A DNA stretch of 64,000 nucleotides from Octopus sinensis (GCF_006345805.1 NC_043019.1:8555360-8619359); one strand, 5' to 3'. Counted from the stretch's first letter, positions 39,871 to 52,540 are shown. Program-made: numbers and translations. The notes: a model not told the origin generated them from the letters alone.

Positions 39871-41306
39871 GATTTTGATTTGATTTTGATTTTTCCAGTT
39901 TCAGCTAATGAGCTGTGGCCATGCTGGGGCACCGCCATTTGGTTTGTTACACGATTTTACCTCACGGATGCTTTTTAGCAAACGCCATCTGATGCATGAG
40001 AGAGTTCGATGCAGCTGCCCTCATCTGCACCTCCTGCCGTGAAGTTGGTTCATCCGGGACACCTGACAGGAAGAGATCCAGTCCTACTTTAAAGACATCC
40101 GCATCTACACCATGTAGGTCCCTCAGGTTCTTCGGGAGGATATTGAAGAGCCGTGGGCCTCTGAAGCCCAGGCTATCACAATATCTTGTCCTACATATTG
40201 ATGGCAAATTTGGAGTCCTTGGTACTACGCAGTGGCGTCCGGTTCTGGCATTTGTGTGACTCTCGATGCCAAAGTCTGGGACAAGACCTTCCAGGATCTT
40301 CCAGATATATATTATGGCATATCTTTCTCGCCTACGCTCCAGGGAATAGAGCTGTAATCTCTTTAGTCTTTCCCAGTACCTCATATGCTGCACAGAGGCT
40401 ATCTTCTTCGTGTTGTAGTTGTTGGATCGCCTCAAGTTCTGTGATCAACTTGACACTGGATGGTGACCATAGCTGAGAGCAATAGTCAAAGTGGCTTAGG
40501 ACAAGTGTCTTCCAGAGGACCATCATGGTTCTTGTTCTCTTGTTCTAAAGGTTCTAGAATCCATCCAGCCAGCCGTCTACATTTCATTGTCAGTTTAGCA
40601 ACATGTACATGAAAGGTCGCGTCATCACTCATGTGAATACCCAGGTCACGCACTGATTGTGCCTCCGGGATTGCAATCCTTCCGGGTCCAGTGTATTCAT
40701 TGGGTATTGCATTCAGTTTTGCATGCTGATAGTGTAAAGCTTGAAACTTTTCAGCATTGAACTGCATGCTATTCTTTCAGGCCCACTTGTATATTTCGTG
40801 CAGCTCACATTGCAGGTGCTTAGTGTCCTTCAGGGTTCTGTATTGCCTGTGAAACTTTTGTATCATCTGCATAACTTGTGATCGTGGCTCTCTGCGTGGC
40901 TGAGGGCATGTCTGAGAGGGCCATTATGAACAGTAGTGGTCCCAAAACAGTGCCCTGCGGAACACCGCTCACTATTTGCGTGTTAATGGAAGTGGCCCCA
41001 TTGGCTTCTACCACCTGACTTCTATTCTTCAGAAAGTCATGAAGCCATTCTCCCAGTTTTCCAACTATGCCAAGATCACGCAGTTTGTGAAATATCATTC
41101 CATGATCGTCTTTATCGAAGGCCTTTGCTAAGTCGAGATATATGACTTCCACATTTGAGTGGTTGAGCAGTTGTTTCAGCACCCAGTCATAGTGTTGTAG
41201 GAGCTGAGTTAAGCAGCTTCTTCCTGGTCGGAAACCATGTTGGGTGTCAGGCAGCAAGTCATTTTCTTCAAGGAAGGTGATTAGTTTCCTTCTAACTATT
41301 CGTTCT
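39871..41306 (-). mobile_element. 5'-truncated CR1-group LINE (RT domain, C-terminus, 3' UTR), frameshifted
   Basis: Collinear ORF pieces: QHGFRPGRSCLTQLL, YLDLAKAFDK, SGVPQGTVLGPLLF, YADDTK, VRDLGIHMSDDATF, LVLSHFDYCSQLWSP and YWERLKRLQLYSLERRRERY. The 3' UTR has a stem-loop and an (AAAATC)n-like tail at 39871-39895. Confidence 0.93.
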
Positions 41307-41632
41307 AACTATTCATTCCATGACCTTGCTGATATATATATAAATTATTTATGTATAAAGTGTTTGAAGTGGTGTACAGATATCGTATATTGGAAAAAAA
41401 GGAGGCAGTTAGAATTTTGGATAATTCTTTATCCGCGCTTTCTTTCTTTTATGGAACTCTCAAGACATAATCAAAATGTTAAAAATAGAACGTTTCGTTG
41501 TTCGTATTTGTTTTGTTTAGAAGATAAAAATTGTTTTGTATTTTGGAAAAAGAGAAAGAAAATCAAAGAAGGGATAGAAAATAGACAGAGAGAGATATTC
41601 AAGGAAGGGGGTATTAACAAAGGATAGGGAAA

Positions 41633-41684
41633 TGATAGATAGATATACATAGATAGATAGATAGCTAGATAGATAGATAGATAA

Positions 41685-41722
<38 letters not shown>

Positions 41723-41748
41723 TGATAGGTAGATAGGTAGATAGATAA
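41633..41748 (+). repeat. (GATA)n array
   Basis: Direct inspection; it is the tail of the adjacent element. Confidence 0.9.
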
Positions 41749-42030
41749 GTTTCTTTATTGGCCACACAGGGCTGCACACAGATGGGACAAGTTACAAGGT
41801 AGAGCTTTTCTTTTGGGGGATGAAAAAACAAAAAAACAAAAGAAACAAAAAAAAAGGGGTGGCGTAGGTTTTCGATCAAGAGGGAACAAAAAAAATTAAT
41901 AAATAAAAGAAAAAAGAAAAAAGAAAAAGAAAAAAAAGAAAAGGAAAAGGAACAAAAGAAAAGAGAAATGAAAAAAGAAGAAAAAAGGGGAAAAAAGGGG
42001 AAGAGGAAAAAAAAACGATCAATAGGGAGA
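41749..42030 (-). mobile_element. 3' UTR/tail of the same non-LTR family as 38015-38080
   Basis: 41749-41814 is shared with 38015-38080. It probably continues through the A-rich segment with two cgatcaa..ggg motifs (about 41873 and 42017); that extension is inferred. Confidence 0.55.
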
Positions 42031-42605
42031 TGCATGGATGGATGGATGGATTGACAGAAAGATAGACAGATAAAGAGAGGGAGAGAGAAGCCTCTTTTCA
42101 ATTTGACGTGGTCAACTCAGAAATTTTTATTACAAAGCATTTAAACTGTTTCTTTTCTTTCTTTTCGTTCTCTATTTTTCCTCTTCTTTCCCATTGTATA
42201 CTTATCAACATATTTGTAAATAAACACATTTCCTCACAAGGGACGGTGACCTTTCAGGACGTAAATTTGAGTAGCTAAGATGGAAAAGATACGAAAATTG
42301 GAGAGGGTCCAGTCATCACTGAAGAATTATGGAAGAGTTCAAAGTCCCATGGTCGTGTCTCATATTCTGTGTAATTCCATGTTTTGCCGGAACAGACATG
42401 AAATATTACTACAATATTCATAAATCCGGAATATAAAGTCAGAATTTTAAAAAAAATATTGCGTATTATTTATAGTTCTATCTATCTCTCTGTACATTTA
42501 ATCAAACATCATAAAATCGTTTTATGTGTATATTGTACATTTAGCTGGAAGGGAAGCTGTAGGGTATATAATATATAATAAAGCAAGGCCTGCTTAAATA
42601 TATAT

Positions 42606-42920
42606 ATATCCCGACCTTTTAGGGATAGCTTCCTCCCGGCCTATTACAGGGTGAGAGTGGCCACCCTAGTCGTTATTTCGCCCCAGTTCTTCTCCATTTG
42701 CCGGCCCGGACCGAACCAAACTCCGAACAACTTAACTGGTCCCTCGGTCCAGCGTCCCACGATGGATATGCTGTTGGGCGGCCTGGGCTTGCTTCTCCAA
42801 GTACCGAGCGGCAAGCCCACTGACTTTTTCTGGTAAATTTCTGCTCCCCTTACCGCTTCTTATTCTTTTAGTGTCTCGCCGACCAGGTCTATGTGTTTGT
42901 GGCTTTGTGCTTTCCATTTC
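42606..42920 (-). mobile_element. Tx1/L1-type reverse transcriptase C-terminal fragment
   Basis: With a frameshift: HKHIDLVGETLKE*EAVRGAEI...KSVGLPLGTWRSKPRPPNSISIVGRWTEGPVKLFGVWFGPGRQMEKNWGEITTRVATLTL**AGRKLSLKGR. This is the (Y)LGV-like region and the LSLKGR motif typical of L1/Tx1 RT. Confidence 0.8.
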
Positions 42921-42999
42921 TGTCCAGCTTTGATTTCTTTAAATTGAATTGTATAAATTCAACAGTGAATTGAATTCAAATTTTGTCAAGAGGCCAGTA

Positions 43000-43188
43000 A
43001 TTTGGGGTGATGGTTGAACTGATTACATAATCCCAGTACTTTATTGTTATATTATTATATCATCCCCGAAACGACGAGAGGTATAACTGAGCTCGGCGGT
43101 ATTTGAAATCATTACGTTTAAAGCGGGACTAAATACCGTTAATCATTCTGTGTGTCACGCTAACGGGTACGGCAGCTCACCGACTTCG
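43000..43188 (-). mobile_element. Decayed SINE family B
   Basis: gattacataatcccagtact...ccccgaaacgacgagagg...gagctcggcggtatttgaa...cacgctaacg...gcagctcaccg. Confidence 0.6.
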
Positions 43189-44208
43189 CTGTGCAGAAAT
43201 AATGTGATTAATTTTTGCTCAATATTGACGCAGCATAATATCATACAGAAACAATCAGTTTATAGATACGAAGATAGAGGAAAAGAATGCAGTAATGGTC
43301 TGCTTTGTGTGCCATAAATAAATAGAAATATTTAAAGAATTTTCATCAGTGAGTTTATGGTAGAGCTAATATAACTCTACCATAAAGTAGAGCCATTATT
43401 CATTTTTTAAAAGATGTCATTTTTCATGTTTGTCACATCTGTTTTCTTACCGATTAAATACACAGCACTCGGCGTGCTACTTTCTCATTTTCCGCATATC
43501 ACTTCATAAATTTTTTTCCGACAATTTTCTTTTCCTGCATAACATGAGGTATAACAATCACACAGTGACATATTGATGATAATATTCAGTTTGCTTTTGA
43601 TACAACTTTCAGAATTCAGCGTAATTCGTATTTAATTTCTTCTTCGACTGTCTTGCAATATCTGTGTTGCAGCAACATTTTGGTGACATTTTTTGCAGCA
43701 TGAATCCATATCCAAGCTTTTCATTTGTTGTTGTTTCCATGCAGCAACATGTTTCTACTGAAGAAATATATTTTTGCTGTCGTGCACAGATTTTCTGTTG
43801 GTTTTCTTTAGGTTTTTCTACAAAAACAATTCTTTTTATTTGGAAATTCTAAGATCCATTTTTCCTGTTTCATGAAAAATATTTTTTTTCCGACATCTAC
43901 TAAAAACTATTACTTTGATCACGTTAGACTTGACTATTACTCGGAAACGTTCTTGGAGATAATAGGCTTCCATTCACTGAGCGTGCTGGAGTGGTATTTC
44001 TTGTAATCTGGTTAGATAACGATTCCTTATAAAAGCATAAGATTATAATGGGAAATCTTACATTATGAATGTAGGTATGTATGTATGTAAGTATATATAT
44101 ATGTGTGTGTGTGTGTCTGTGTGTGTGTGCGTATACGTATATATATATATATATACGTACATATATATATATTTATACATATATATATATACATATATAT
44201 ATATACGT

Positions 44209-44250
<42 letters not shown>

Positions 44251-44612
44251 TATACGTACGTATATGCCTTCATATATACATATATGCGGTGGGGTTTCAT
44301 TGTGTGTGTGAGTGTACATGTGTGTGAGTGTCGAAAGTACGAAGTATTTCCCAGTTCCGAGTACGAAATTCGTTCGCAATTCGTTTGGCGATCGCAGGTA
44401 AAGTAGATATGCCATGTCTCAAGCATTGAAACCCATTAAAACAGTTCATTTCTAAAAACACACCGCCACCGGTAGTTTCCACTGCAGCACTACCAGCCCT
44501 GTACACACAAACATACAAAAGGACACAGACCCATATAGATACACACATACACATATATATATATATATATATATCATTTGGGTCTCTATGTGTATATGCA
44601 TTATATATATAT

Positions 44613-44658
<46 letters not shown>

Positions 44659-45019
44659 CTGTGTGTGTGTGCGTATACGTATATATATATATATATATAA
44701 TATATATATATATATCATTTGGGTCTCTATGTGTATATGCATTATATATATATATATATATACGTACATATATATATATTTATACATATATATATATATA
44801 GATTGGACGCAGAGGCGAGATGCTGTCATCTCTCGCAGACGAGATTCGTAGAACTTGGGCTGGCCGAAATAGCTCGAAACCATGTCTGTCATGCTGGTCC
44901 CGTCGCAATTTTTTCGGATGCGGCTATGCAAAGTTTAGCAGCTAGAGATGTTCTTTTGGAGATGTCCGCTTAGACAGCCATGTTAAAGTGACTACGAATA
45001 TTACTTATATATATACATA

Positions 45020-45520
45020 CTAGCAGTATCGCCCGGCGTTGCTCGGGTTTGTAAGGGAAATAACTATATAAGCATTTTTAGAGAGTTACTTCCCTTATAG
45101 ATGCCAATTCGGGCTTTCTTAGCCATTTCTGTTTTGGTGTCTTCAAGCCATGAAGTCGTTGTTCTAAAAGAACGCGGGTCTCCTTGACAACGCTTTACGA
45201 CGTTGATTTCTTTACACTCCCTTCCCCACAGCTTCACGAGGGAGGGAAGAAAAGGGAGAAGCAAACAGGTGCAGGTGTGACCATGGACGCCAACTCCGCC
45301 GCCATCGACACACGAAAAATTATGCATTAAAATGGAATAAAAAATTATGTTAAATTATTTTTTAAATCGTAGACTCATCGTAGACGCGCGCTAATACTCA
45401 GACGGGCTTGATATGAATCACGACTATAAGATACCCGAATTTGGTTAAACTGCACCGCAAAAAAGGGCGTGGTCGTAGTAGGAATCTAAATCGAAGGGGA
45501 CAGACACTCACACAACTACA

Positions 45521-45530
<10 letters not shown>
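45020..45530 (-). mobile_element. Non-autonomous Helitron-like element
   Basis: On the minus strand the 3' end is CTAG|T at 45020-45023, with a GC-rich hairpin (cccggcgttgctcggg, 45032-45047) about 8 nt from it. The 5' end merges into (TA)n at about 45525. Confidence 0.7.
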
Positions 45531-45562
<32 letters not shown>

Positions 45563-45563
45563 G

Positions 45564-45604
<41 letters not shown>

Positions 45605-47052
45605 ATATATATATATATATATACATATATGTATATATGTATACGCGCACACACACAGATATATATATATAATATATATATATATATAGATATATATATA
45701 TTAATGGAGTAAAAATGCAATAGAGGACAATAAAACATTCGGACAGATAGACGATACAAAGGCGGACAAGAGAAACAACAATTAGAAGGACAGGCAATAT
45801 ATATATACTGACCTATATATGTATGTAAGCAAATATATGTGTTTTTATGTGCCTGTGCTAGTGTATATATATATATACATTTCCTAGAGTGTACTGACAG
45901 AATTCCCATCGTCTACAGCTAGAGTTGAATCGTATTGTAATTCATCGAAATTGCTTATATAACGGACATTTTCTCCTGTCAAATTGATTCTCGAAATATA
46001 TGTGTATTTTTCCTATTACATTGTGAATTCCGGCCAGCTAACATTTAGTATATAATGTATTCTGGGTCCCACAAAAACTATCGACCGTCTAGTCATTCTT
46101 TTCCGTGCCATCATATTACTCACATGGGAAATTCCAGCATTGCTATAAATTTGGAAAATACAGTTATTCCTTCTCTTTATGTCTGACGCCATTCGTTCGC
46201 TTTTTTCTCTGACTCTCCCTTCAATTTTTGTATACATATATATAATATGTACACACACACACGCATTTATATATATATATCTATATATATATAACTGTTT
46301 GTGTGCGTGTGTTGTACGCCGATAGATATAGGTACCGATACACCGATGTGTACAGTTATGAGTGCTAGTGTGCGTGTGTTTGCTTGCATGTATGTATATA
46401 TGTGTGTGTGCGTAGCCATATATTTTTCGCCTCTAAACCTGATAACAGCCATTGATGTGTTTATTGTTGTTATTCAGTTTGACATTTACATGTATTATTT
46501 ACATATGTGTATATAACAATAGTGGAAATGTTATTGACAGGAGGGAGTTTTATTGATCAATATCGATTTCCATGGAAACTTGGAGTCTGCTCAACAAATT
46601 TGTTATTGTAATGATGTCAGTACGTACCTTAAGAGAAATGTCTGTAGTTCACTAATGTTCTGCCTGTAGCACACTCAGTGTTGTTTCACTCATTTTTGCT
46701 TCGCCTCAAGGATGATGATATGTAGTTTCAGTCGTTCGACTTTTGTTGTAACTTTAAAGACAGGTTTTTACTAATGATGAACACCTGCGAGGAGCTAAAT
46801 GAGTTGACTGAAGCAAGAAACACATCGAAGTTTACAGATCAGAAGGGAAAACATGTCACCGTGTGGATATGCTACTGAAGGCGGCGTTTGCACCAACAAG
46901 AGAGAGGAGAGTATAACACGTTTGGGCAGTAGATGAATATCTTTCAATCTCTGTCTGAATCTTTGTCTCACTTTCTTTCTCCTTCTCTATATATATCAGT
47001 TATTTTCAATGTATGTATGCATGTACATACGTAGGTATGTATAGACACGCAC

Positions 47053-47104
<52 letters not shown>

Positions 47105-47234
47105 TCACACACTTATGTATTAATATATATATAGATATAGGTATATATATGTATGTAATATATACATATATATATACATATATGCATATACTTAAATATA
47201 TATATATGTATTACTCTTTTTTTTACTCTTTTAC

Positions 47235-47425
47235 TTGTTTCAGTCATTTGACTGCGGCCATGCTGGAGCACCGCCTTTTAGTCGAGCAAATCGACCCCGG
47301 GACTTATTCTTTGTAAGCCTAGTACTTATTATATCGGTTTCTTTTGCCGAACCGCTAAGTGACGAAGACATAAACACAACAGCATCGGTTGTCAAGCAAT
47401 GCTACGGGGACAAACACAGACAACA
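47235..47425 (-). mobile_element. SINE family A, 3' portion
   Basis: ttgtttcagtcatttgactgcggccatgctggagcaccgcc...tcgaccccgggacttattctttgtaagcctagtacttatt...gccgaaccgctaagt; the tail is shared with the CR1 LINE. Confidence 0.85.
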
Positions 47426-47444
47426 AACACATACACACACACAC

Positions 47445-47494
<50 letters not shown>

Positions 47495-48077
47495 TATTAT
47501 AATATATATATAAATACATATATACATATATATGTATATAAAAAATTGGAGTCCTCAAGTGACAGCTTACTTTAGCCGGATAGTGTACTAAATGTTAATT
47601 TCTTTTATTATTGATCTTCTGTTTCAGATTGGAAAGCAAGAATTTTGAACTTACGGAGACAATATTAACATATCGCCTGACGAAACACAACTATGATGAA
47701 GGGAAACAGTTGCATAATGAAGTACCTGCAAGGCTGCAAAGCTACGTCGCGTGGAAACAACTGTTGTGATTAAAAAGATAAAATGTCCAACATCATTCCT
47801 TCTTGTTTTCCCCATTTTTATTTCAATTATCTGTTCACACGCGACAGATGCAGAAACACAAACCTGGAAACACATGTAATAATGGTACTGGACGGTACAA
47901 TGTATACAAACACACACGCACTCACACACACAGATATATGTGTGTGTGTATATATATATACATATATGATCAAAATAAGTTACTTTTTTAATATATATAT
48001 GTATATATAAAAGAATGTTTTGTGTAATGAGATAAAAACCAATGCGGTATAGATTTTAGAACATATATAGATAGAAG

Positions 48078-48129
48078 GTCTTACAACTGTTTCCAAGTCC
48101 TTTATTAATTATATCCCTTCATCGGAGAC
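48078..48129 (-). ncRNA. Degenerate type I hammerhead motif in a PLE-type tail
   Basis: Minus strand: GUCU CCGAUGA [disrupted helix II] GAA ACAG-UUGU A AGAC. Helix I, near-palindromic helix III and the GUA triplet are present; U4C and an unpaired helix II base suggest it is inactive. Confidence 0.45.
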
Positions 48130-48238
48130 GGTGTGAGAGGATGGTTCGCATTCTTCGGATGAGGTCATCAGTTTTGGAAAGGAGGAGTAAGAGAGGAAAG
48201 TCTTTTGTGAAAGAATAGGTGCGCCTTAATAATATATA

Positions 48239-48281
<43 letters not shown>

Positions 48282-48287
<6 letters not shown>

Positions 48288-49241
48288 TTCATTACGAACT
48301 AAATGTCAGAGTTTTAATCGAAGTTTATTTTAATTTGTTTCAAGAAATAGCAGTTAATTAAAGAATGCACCTAAATTATCAATATCCATTGACCAATCTC
48401 GGTGGTTTAATTGCAACTTCACTCATGATTTCATCTAATTGGTTGATGTATACACCCGCTGTAAATTGACTTAGCAGGTCTCATGAAGCTGCAGTGGATG
48501 ACACCAGCGCTGGACCACCAAAGGACACGTTGTCTTTTTATTTTGGTTATTGTTCTTCTTTGGATTGTTGTTTGGCACTTCGTCTCCGTCCAAACAATGT
48601 ACTGAACGCTTGATGTCGTCGTAGAGTCTCCACTTTTTATCACACGTAACGAACCGATGCAAGAATGGTTGGCTTTTATGCCGTGACAGCAAAGAACAAC
48701 ACGTTTCAAGACGAAGTGTTATTTGGTGCTTGCTCAGTTCGATTGAGCCAGTTTGTCCAGATTCTTTACCTTGCTGATTTGTTTAAGATGGTCCAATACA
48801 GTTGGAATCGGAACATCAAAACCTTGCTGTTAATTCAAGCGTAGCGTGAGAAGTATGCGCTTCCCTTATCGTTTCCACGTCGGTCTTAGGTCTACCACGA
48901 GGCTGATTTTCAAGAGTAAAATCACCAGATCGGAACTTCTTAAAGCATCGACACATCTTCACCAAACACATTATTGATGTTTCGAGCTGTCTGGGATGCA
49001 CTGCTTCCACGACCAAACTCATATTCATAATCAACATGAATTTTTAAAAATCTAACCATGAGTTCACAAAAATTGATTTACAAGAGAAAACTCACAATAT
49101 AATCAGATTCCATGAAATGCATTTCGAAACATGATGATGTAACTCTTGAATGTTGTAAAGCAAATGAACTTTCAGAATAAAATACTTTGTGCAAACTTTG
49201 TGCATTAGAAAATCTGACAATTCAGTTTTAATGACCCCTTA
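48282..49241 (-). mobile_element. Internally deleted mariner with both TIRs
   Basis: Motifs FKKFRSGDFTLENQPRGRP, PFLHRFVTCDKKW and WWSSAGVIH are present; the DNARPH/YSPDLAP region is missing. TIRs: TAtcagttcattacgaactaaatgtcaga at 48282 and the reverse-complement TAaggggtcattaaaactgaattgtcaga at 49241. Confidence 0.88.
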
Positions 49242-49736
49242 TGTACACACACACATACACACACACACACACAGACACACACACACACATACACACACAC
49301 ACGCACATATATATATATACACACACACACACTCACACACACATACATCGACACCCCCACCCATGCGCACACAAACGTGTGATGTATGTATCTCAATTTC
49401 TGTCGTTTGTTGCATTCAGTGTGCTGCAGCAGTGTAGAGGGGCAGAATTGGACATCTTATATCCATCACATGGAACCTAGTATGTACCTACATATTTTAA
49501 GGCCCGGTACTTGTTGCATCCGATTTTCTGTCCTCAGCCACTATTTTACGGTGAATGTTAGCAAATCATCACTTGTTGTCAGGCAATGAAAGAAGCAAAA
49601 AATAAGGAGACACCCACGCACACACACACAACCTCTCTCTCTCTCACACACACACACACATACACACACACACACTAAAAACCACACACGTACAAACACT
49701 CACACATCTTCCAATAATCTATAATTACTATGTTCT

Positions 49737-49836
49737 NNNNNNNNNNNNNNNNNNNNNNNNNNNNNNNNNNNNNNNNNNNNNNNNNNNNNNNNNNNNNNNN
49801 NNNNNNNNNNNNNNNNNNNNNNNNNNNNNNNNNNNN
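49737..49836. other. Assembly gap (100 N)
   Basis: Run of exactly 100 n, a typical fixed-length scaffolding gap. Confidence 1.
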
Positions 49837-50707
49837 CCAGTTTGTCCAGATTCTTTACCTTGCTGATTTGTTTAAGATGGTCCAATACATTTGGAATCGG
49901 AACATCAAAACCTTGCTGTTAATTCAAGCGTAGCGTGAGAATATGCGCTTCCTTATCGTTTCCACGTCGGTCTTAGGTCTACCACGAGGCTGATTTCAAG
50001 AGTAAAATCACCAGATCGGAACTTCTTAAAGCATCGACACATCTTCACCAAACACATTATTTGATGTTTCGAGCTGTCTGGGATGCACTGGTTCCACGAC
50101 CAAACTCAAATTCATAATCAACATGATTTTTAAAAATCTAACCATGAGTTCACAAAAATTGATTTACAAGAGAAAACTCACAATATAATCAGATTCCATG
50201 AAATGCATTTCGAAACATGATGATTTACTCTTGATTGTTGTTAAAGCAATGAACTTTCAGAATAAAATACTTTGTGCAAACTTTTGCATTAGAAAATCTG
50301 ACAATTCAGTTTTAATGACCCCTTATGTACCACACACTACACACACACACACACACACACCAGACACACACACCCATACACACCACACGCACATATATAT
50401 ATATACACACACACACACTCACACACACATACACCGACAACCCCCACCCATGCGCACACAACGTGTGATGTATGTGCTCATTTCTGTCGTTTGTTGCATT
50501 CAGTGTGCTGCAGCAGTGCAAGGGCAGAATTGGACTCTATATCCATCACATGGAACCTAGTAAGTACCTACATATTTTAAGGCCCGGTACTTGTTGCATC
50601 CGATTTTCTGTCCTCAGCCACTATTTTACGGTGAATGTTAGCAAATCATCACTTGTTGTCAGGCAATGAAAGAAGCCAAAAATAAGGAGACACCCACGCA
50701 CACACAA

Positions 50708-50743
<36 letters not shown>

Positions 50744-50806
50744 TAAAACACACACACACGTACAAACACTCACACATCTTCCAATAATCTATAATTACTA
50801 TGTTCT
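49837..50806 (+). repeat. Second copy of 48748-49736 (includes a partial mariner); probable false duplication
   Basis: It starts exactly at the gap edge with ccagtttgtccagattc (=48748) and reaches ctataattactatgttct, the sequence that ends the upstream contig. Confidence 0.9.
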
Positions 50807-51257
50807 TTTTTTTTAATAGTTTTCGTGTTATTCGAAATGACAGGAGGGAAAGGTGATTAAACGTTAAGCAGGAAAGCACCACTTGTACAATTAATAAGAA
50901 GAGAAGCTATAGATACAAGGCAAAGAAACTAAAGTGGGATTAGGAAGGGGCGGATAAAAAGGGGAAAAAAACAAAAACAACATTATTGTTATTACTACTA
51001 TTCTGTTTCACACCAATTTGTTTCCCTTCTTTCCAAACCAATTACCGAGGACAGTTTATATTTATTGGCACTGGTGAATCAGAGAATGAATAAATAGATT
51101 ATTAAAATTCTCTACCGCCTTTATGGGAGTATTAAGGACATATTCACTCTGTATTCCGTGCACGTATAAACGGCGAGCGCATACAGGAACACATACCTTA
51201 TACGCTCGCTTGCATAACTCCATACGTATGAGCACCAACGCAAGCATATGTATATGC

Positions 51258-51308
<51 letters not shown>

Positions 51309-51433
51309 ATATATATATACATACGTATATATATATATACATATATGTATACATATATACATACATATATATATATAAATGTATATACATATATTATCAT
51401 ATATATATATACATATATATACATATATATATG

Positions 51434-51494
<61 letters not shown>

Positions 51495-52129
51495 TATGTA
51501 TGATTGTATATATATATATTTATATATACGTAAATATCTAATGTGTATATATGAATATATATATATATAATACTGAATAGTAAGTATGCTTAATATACTA
51601 TAAATGTATATTTACGTGTGCATACATATATATATATATACACACATATATGTGTGTGTGTATGTGTTTCATTGATAATAGATACATTAAATAATATTCA
51701 TACATGCACATAAACACGGTGTAGAGCCACACGAAGATCAACAAGCAGATACACACACACACCACACACACACACATATATACACGCACACTTGGCCAGA
51801 TAAGGTCAGCCATCTCATAAACAAACACATTCATGTTTCGCTAACTGACGTCCTCACACCACAACTCCGATAATATATTTCCCCCCACCCCGCTCTTTCA
51901 TTAACGACATAAAACTTTCCGCCGCCATTTTCTGAGCTTGATCCTATGCAACCACACGAATGGTTAATAAGGTTATATAACTAGGTGTTTCTTTCGCACC
52001 ACTACTGTCCAATTAATAACATGAACAGCAGCCACAAAACAGCAACAACAATGACAACAGCACCATCAGTAACAACAATAATGATGTTGATGATTATGAT
52101 GATGATTTTGAATATTGGCAAAAGGCCAC

Positions 52130-52310
52130 CAAATTTGGGAGAGGGGTTACCTCGATTACATCGCAAAGTACGAAAGTGGTACTCTTTCATCGATCTCGAT
52201 TGGATAAAAAGCAAAATTAACCTCCACAGATTTTGTACCCGAAGCGTAAAGATGGACGAAATAGCGCTTAGCATTTTCTGCTAACGATTCTGCCAACTCA
52301 CCGCCTTAAT
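52130..52310 (-). mobile_element. Decayed SINE family B
   Basis: Ends in ctaacgattctgccaactcaccgcctta. Confidence 0.65.
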
Positions 52311-52359
52311 ACAATAATTATTATTATCTCTACTCTTGGCACAAGGCATTGAAAATATT

Positions 52360-52540
52360 TTTGGAAATGGGGCTAGTCGATTACATCTGTCCCAATGCGT
52401 AACTGGTACAACTTTCATCAAGCTCGATTAGATGAGGGGCAAAGTCGAGCTCGGCAAAATTTGAACTCAGAACGAAGCGATGGATGAAATTTAGCTATGC
52501 ATTCCGTCTAGCGTGCTAACGATTCTACCCGCTCACCGTC
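52360..52540 (-). mobile_element. SINE family B
   Basis: agtcgattacatc...actggtac...ggcaaagtcgagctcggcaaaatttgaactcagaacg...gcgtgctaacgattctacccgctcaccg. Confidence 0.7.

Noticed and set aside
44800-44973. Protein-like reading frame ([15 protein letters not shown]...)
   Set aside because: It starts in a TA tract, has no acceptor pyrimidine tract, and I recognise no homology.
48150-48172. Minus-strand CTGATGA near the 48078 motif
   Set aside because: No helix II plus GAAA follows it.
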